From: Alphaproteobacteria bacterium
GTDB taxonomy: Bacteria > Pseudomonadota > Alphaproteobacteria > SP197
Length of the DNA stretch: 64,000 nt
Direction: 5' to 3'
Assembly: GCA_965228895.1 (NCBI GenBank)
Contig: OZ245842.1
Coordinates: forward strand, 1,920,001-1,984,000
The notes under the pieces are model-generated. The model was not told the DNA's origin. It was given only the letters and a program-made list of their open reading frames with translations, and did no database searches. The position numbers and the translations under genes were made by a program. Below, one piece after another: positions 61,851 through 64,000 of this stretch (the first letter of the stretch is position 1; the number at the start of each line of letters is the position of its first letter).

Positions 61851-62818
61851 CCCAGGTTCGCCACGTCACGGTATCGCCGGGCGATGAGCACATGCGCCTG
61901 GATCGCTGGTTTCACCGCGAGTTCCCGGCTGTTACGCATGGTCATCTGGCGAAGCTGTTACGGACCGGCCAGGTCAGGCTCGACGGCCGGCGTTGCAAGC
62001 CCGGCGACCGGCTTGTCGCCGGTCAGACCGTGCGCGTGCCGCCGTTGCCGGAGGCAAAGACCGCAGAACCGCGTGCGAAACCTGAACCCAAAGTCGATCG
62101 GCGTGAGGCCGAGGACCTCGCCGCGCGCGTTCTCTACCGCGACGACGATGTCATCGCGCTCGACAAACCGTCGGGACTGGCCGTGCAGGGCGGCACCGGC
62201 ACAAAGCGGCATCTGGACGGCATGCTCGATGCGCTCCGGTTCGGTGCGCCGGAGCGTCCTCGGCTGGTCCATCGCCTGGACCGCGATACCAGCGGCGTCA
62301 TGCTGCTCGCGCGTCATGCCGCCGCTGCCCGCGAGCTGGGCAACCTGTTCAAGGGTCGGGAAACCGAAAAGACCTATTGGGCGCTTGTGGCGGGGCGTCC
62401 GGATGCCGATGAAGGGTTGATTGACATGCCGCTCGCTAAACGGCCCGGCAAGGGCGGCGAGCGCATGTGCGTCGATGAAGAGGAAGGGCGCCGCGCGATC
62501 AGCCAGTTCCGCGTCATCGACAGCGCCGGCGACAAGGTCGCGTGGCTTGCGCTCAGTCCGCATACCGGACGTACCCATCAACTGCGTGTGCACTGTGCCG
62601 CCATCGGTTGCCCGATCCTGGGCGACGGCAAGTATGGCGGCCGCGATGCTTTCCTTTCCGGCTTTGACCTTGCCAAGCGTGTTCATCTGCACGCCCGCGC
62701 GATCGCCATGCCGTGGCATGGCGGCGCGTTGAGCATCGAGGCGCCGCTGCCGCGCGACCTCGTCAAGAGCTGGTCGCTCTTCGGTTTCGACCCGAACACT
62801 GCCGGCTTATCGACATGA
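61847..62818 (+). CDS. RluA/RluC-family pseudouridine synthase with S4 domain
   Basis: MRLDRWF, KPSGLAVQGG, HRLDRDTSG, TGRTHQLRVH, LHA. Confidence 0.95.
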   Translation: MTQVRHVTVSPGDEHMRLDRWFHREFPAVTHGHLAKLLRTGQVRLDGRRCKPGDRLVAGQTVRVPPLPEAKTAEPRAKPEPKVDRREAEDLAARVLYRDDDVIALDKPSGLAVQGGTGTKRHLDGMLDALRFGAPERPRLVHRLDRDTSGVMLLARHAAAARELGNLFKGRETEKTYWALVAGRPDADEGLIDMPLAKRPGKGGERMCVDEEEGRRAISQFRVIDSAGDKVAWLALSPHTGRTHQLRVHCAAIGCPILGDGKYGGRDAFLSGFDLAKRVHLHARAIAMPWHGGALSIEAPLPRDLVKSWSLFGFDPNTAGLST

Positions 62819-63495
62819 ACCGGCGTCTCGTCCTGTTCGATTGCGACGGCACGCTGGTCGATAGCCAGCATGTCATCCACGAGGCCATGTCGTTTGCGTT
62901 TGCCGATCACGGCCTGTCGCCCTTGCCACGCCAAGACGTCCGCCGCGTCATCGGTCTGCCGCTCGACACGGCGATTGCTCAGCTGTTGCCGGCAGGCTCA
63001 TCCGACCAGATCGCCGGCTTGGCGCAAAGCTACAAGGAGGCGTTCGTTCAGCTGCGTCAGCGGGTTGGCCAGCACGAACCGCTTTTCGACGGCATGCGCG
63101 AGGTGATCGAGACACTCGATGCGGGCGGCGCGCTGCTCGGCATCGTCACGGGCAAGGGCAGTCAGGGCCTTGCCATGGTCTTGGCGCAGCACGATTTGAC
63201 GAAGCGTTTCGTCACGCTGCAGACAGCGGATACCGCGCCCGGCAAGCCGGATCCCGGCATGGTCAATCAGGCGCTTGCCGAAACCGGCGCGGCGCCGTCA
63301 GAAACAGTGGTCATTGGCGATACGACCTTCGACATGGCGATGGCGGTCGCCGCCGGCGTGCCGGCCATCGGCGTGGCGTGGGGTTACCATCCATCCGACC
63401 ATCTAGTGGCGGCCGGGGCGCGGTGCGTCGTCGCCAACCCACTGGAGCTTCATGCCGCCATCGAGAGCCTGGCCGTCTCAGGCGTGAGCGCCTGA
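62815..63495 (+). CDS. HAD-IA family hydrolase (phosphoglycolate phosphatase-like)
   Basis: FDCDGTLVDS, KPDPGM, IGDTTFD..MA, GVAWGYH. Confidence 0.93.
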   Translation: MNRRLVLFDCDGTLVDSQHVIHEAMSFAFADHGLSPLPRQDVRRVIGLPLDTAIAQLLPAGSSDQIAGLAQSYKEAFVQLRQRVGQHEPLFDGMREVIETLDAGGALLGIVTGKGSQGLAMVLAQHDLTKRFVTLQTADTAPGKPDPGMVNQALAETGAAPSETVVIGDTTFDMAMAVAAGVPAIGVAWGYHPSDHLVAAGARCVVANPLELHAAIESLAVSGVSA

Positions 63496-63497
63496 CC

Positions 63498-64000
63498 ATG
63501 GTGAAGCGCTTTTACGATATCGTCGCGTGGCGGCCTTGTGCGGGTGGGTTCGAGGTCACCCTCGACGAGCGGCCGGTCCATACACCGGGGCGCCAACGCA
63601 TCGTCGTGCCCACCGAAGAGCTGGCCGACGAGATTGCCGGCGAATGGCGCGGACAGTCGGGCGACGTGCGTCCAGAGACCATGCCGATAACCCGGTTGGT
63701 GACCACCGCCATCGATCGGGTGGCCGAGCGCCGGGTCGAGGTCGTTGCCGATCTCGCTGAGTTTGGCGCCAGCGACCTCGTCTGTTACCGCGCCGATGCG
63801 CCGGCCGAGCTGGTGACGTTTCAGGCGCAGCACTGGCAGCCGCTCGTCGACTGGGCCGCAAGCCGCTATGGCGCGATGATGTCCGTGACCAGCGGCATCA
63901 TGCCGGTTGACCAGCCTCCAGAGGCGGTACAGGCGCTCGCCTCAGCACTTGAGCCGCTGACCGACTTCGAACTCATGGCGGTCCATGCCGTCACCGTGGC
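63498..64000 (+). CDS. ATP12 family F1-ATPase assembly chaperone (runs off the window)
   Basis: Manual translation MVKRFYD...VTLDERPVHTPGR...LADEIAGEW...PETMPITRL..TAID...DLVCYRA..P.EL...Q...WQPLVDWA; no stop in the window, so absent from the ORF track. Confidence 0.9.
   Translation, partial: MVKRFYDIVAWRPCAGGFEVTLDERPVHTPGRQRIVVPTEELADEIAGEWRGQSGDVRPETMPITRLVTTAIDRVAERRVEVVADLAEFGASDLVCYRADAPAELVTFQAQHWQPLVDWAASRYGAMMSVTSGIMPVDQPPEAVQALASALEPLTDFELMAVHAVTV

Overview
GC-rich alphaproteobacterial chromosome segment; gene content and order suggest a Rhodospirillales-like lineage, which is inference. About 60% of the window (27-64 kb) is the core translation/transcription supercluster: tRNA-Thr, rlmB, tRNA-Tyr, tRNA-Gly, tuf, tRNA-Trp, secE-nusG-rplKAJL-rpoBC, the str, S10, spc and alpha operons, then rarA-fluC-rluA-HAD-ATP12. 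The first 27 kb holds a partial NuoE/F-type formate dehydrogenase beta subunit, then a compact chpT/ctrA/dksA/cckA/recA block with no flagellar or chemotaxis genes. It continues with a class III cyclase-TPR and SnoaL pair, alaS, an orphan 2-TM seven-repeat beta-propeller protein and icd. After these come a LOG gene whose start codon abuts that of a His-rich secreted protein, an envelope block (LysM, AsmA, TamA, TamB) and a Tat-lipoprotein I78 inhibitor. I saw no CRISPR array, transposase, integrase, prophage or rRNA. The best leads are the condensed, divergent CckA-ChpT-CtrA phosphorelay, the propeller membrane protein, the zero-spacer divergent gene pair, a GANTC-rich double-hairpin element before rarA and a multi-hairpin rplL-rpoB spacer. 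All family calls come from motifs recognised by eye; no searches were run.
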